From Vitrella brassicaformis CCMP3155 (lineage: Eukaryota > Protista > Chromerida): DNA of 64,000 nt. Position numbers and translations under genes: made by a program. This document shows positions 62,000 to 64,000 of this stretch, one piece after another; position 1 is the first letter of the stretch, and every line of letters starts with the position of its first letter. The notes beneath the pieces were generated by a model. The model searched no databases and had not been told where the DNA came from. It worked only from the letters and a program-made list of their open reading frames with translations. The DNA is taken from positions 62,001 to 126,000 of the forward strand of contig CDMY01000201.1 of the NCBI GenBank assembly GCA_001179505.1, in the 5' to 3' direction.

Positions 62000-64000
62000 A
62001 CGGACAGACCGAGGGACAGTTGGGGGGATGATCCATACATATGGCAGGCAGGACACTATAGTGGCGGTGGTGTTTGGTGATTGATTCATCCAATGGATAG
62101 GTCGTATCTACGTGTGTTAGTGGGGGGCCGGGTGGCTGCGGTGCAGGGTGCGGGGTGCGGGGGGATGGGAAGCTGACGGCAGATAGGCAGGCAGGCAGGC
62201 AGGCAGGCAGCCAAGGAGGGGTGGACAGGTAGACACGTGTGCGTCGCACCGTCTGTCTGTCCGTCCGTCCGCCCGTCCTTGCCGGCATGTCCTTGCTGCT
62301 GCTGATTCATGAATCAATCAATGAGCCTGACTCAACCTGACTCCCGCCTCACTCCCTGGCTCCTTTCCTCCCTGTCCCTCTCTCTCTCTCTCTCTCTTTC
62401 TCTCTTTCTCTCCTGGCGGCCTCACTGACTGCTCTCTGCCTGTCTATCGAGTTTAATTATTTCTGTGCTGGCTGGTTTGGTGGGTGGGCGGAGGGGGGCG
62501 GGGAATGAAATGGGGCAGGGGATGGATGGGAGTGGGGTGGGTGGGGCGGGTATACCCTAGTGACAGACACGAAGAGTCGATGGATGAGTGGTGACGGAAT
62601 CATGTTTCGGGCTACTTACCTGTCCAGCTATTTCTATCTATAAGTCTGTCTGTTGGCTACCGTCTTTGTTTGTATCCATCCATCCATCCATGCGTCAACG
62701 TGATCGAATGAATGCCTCCTAGCTGCCTGGCTGCCTGGCTGCTTGTTTGTATGTCTGTCTGTCTGTCTGACTGACGAATATATATGGCCAAAGTGAGAGA
62801 GAGAGAAAGCAAAGCAAGCAAAGAAGGAAGCGAGAAGCGGTGCAATCAGATCAGTGGCAATGAGGTGACCCCTAGTTCGTATGTATGCCTGCCTGCCTGC
62901 CTGCCCACATTTCTTATGTATCCTCGTCCGTCCGTCCGCCTGTCAGTCTGTCCGTCTGTCTGCCCTTCTGCCTGGCTAGCCTCTCCCCTTCCGTCCGATC
63001 TATATGTCAAGTGTCGTTCGTTGTGTGAAGGCGTGGACAGACCGAACGAGGAAAGTGTAGTCGATTGAGATGCCAACAATTCATTCCACTGGCTGGCTGG
63101 CTGGCTGGCTGGCTCGGTCGGTCGGTCGGTCGGTGGGCGGGTGGGTCGGTGGGTTTTCGTGAGTGGGTGCGTGATTGATGGTTCATCGTTGAAAGCGCCA
63201 GCCGGCCACCGGCTGGCCAACCGATGGGACGTCACGCATCTATCTACCTAACTGTCTGTCTATCTGCTTGTTTGGTGTCATCTGCCCGCCTGCCTGCCTG
63301 CCTGCCTCTCTGTTCATGTGTGTGTGTTCGTGTCTGTGTATGTGTATGTGAATGTGTATGTGTGTGTGTGGATGATTCTGATTGAGAGTCATGCATGTGC
63401 GTGAGTGACGTGCTTGTTGCTACTATATAATGAAACCAATCGATGGATGGATGATCGTAGTGCCCATTCCACCCCGCCCCCACCCCGCCACCCCATCCCT
63501 TGCTATCTATCTGCATGTGAGTTCACCGTATTTATGACACGGAGAGAGAGAGAGACAACAAGAGAGAGAGAGAGACAGGTACACACTCTGGCTGGCTGGT
63601 TTAATCGTTGGTCTCTTGATGGAGGCGCTTGCTGGTGGTGCTGATGTGATGGTGGATGGATGGTGCTCGTATACATCGTCCATTGGGGGGCTTAGCTTAG
63701 CGTCTATGCTGCTTCCTTCCTGGCCCTTCTACGCAGGTCAGGTGGGTCCCTCCCTCCCTCCCTCTCCTCTCTCTCTTTTCCCCTCTTGTTTGTGTAGCGG
63801 TTGGTATGTATTATCTGCCGGCCGGCACAGTTTTGCCCCCCTCTCTCTCTTTCTCGCGTACCTTCCTCTGCCTCCTGACTGCCTGCCTGCCTGCTGGCGC
63901 ACCCATGCATCCAGCTGCCGCCCGACCCCACACACATGCCATGGCATGCGTGTGTGATGGCGGGTGGCCCGACCGACAGCACACAAACACATGTTATCTA
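62000..64000. repeat. Microsatellite-rich non-coding region ((GACG)n, (GGCA)n, (CT)n, (CCAT)n, (GGCT)n, (GGTC)n, (GT)n)
   Basis: Dense simple repeats and no convincing coding frame. The same repeat classes fill most introns in the window. Confidence 0.8.

Noticed and set aside
62614-62624. TACTTACCTG resembling a U1 5' end
   Set aside because: No U1 stems, Sm site or upstream promoter element follow. It is the reverse complement of a 5' splice site (CAG/GTAAGTA), like the similar hit at about 34168 in RPE.
1-64000. Many ORFs rich in VCVC, THTH, DGWM, TDRQ or PSIH
   Set aside because: These are translations of intronic microsatellites or antisense shadows of GC-rich exons, not genes.
1-64000. 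CRISPR arrays, tRNA or rRNA genes, U6 snRNA, transposase or reverse transcriptase ORFs
   Set aside because: No regularly spaced repeat-spacer array, cloverleaf, rRNA or U6 signature, and no DDE or RT motifs were seen by eye. tRNAscan-SE, cmscan and RepeatMasker would be needed to exclude them formally.

Overview
Intron-rich eukaryotic nuclear DNA with high GC. The short GT-AG introns are full of (GT)n, (GACA)n, (GGAT)n and (GCCT)n microsatellites, a style that suggests a chromerid alveolate such as Vitrella (inference only). I can support about 15 spliced protein genes, mostly in tight head-to-head pairs: a prolyl-4-hydroxylase-like oxygenase, NAT10, a small hypothetical protein, a large UBC/E2-NHL fusion, SRP19, a large coiled-coil/RING protein, a SAP30-like protein, RPE, an RCC1-repeat protein, a CBM20 protein, PP2A B', a membrane DnaJ protein, a LOTUS + OAS-like protein, a small membrane protein and a two-RRM protein. 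There is also a disabled secreted-kinase gene. Two things stand out. (1) A 3 kb cluster of four spliceosomal snRNA genes (U2+, U1+, U5-, U4+) that is invisible in the ORF track. All four share a 22-bp upstream element at a fixed 34-35 nt spacing; the U2 copy has a non-canonical Sm site, and rearranged copies of snRNA 3' hairpins lie downstream of the genes. (2) A protein fusing two LOTUS/OST-HTH domains to an apparently catalytically dead 2'-5'-oligoadenylate-synthetase-like domain. Exon boundaries and domain calls were made by eye, without database searches. Two 300-N assembly gaps are present.
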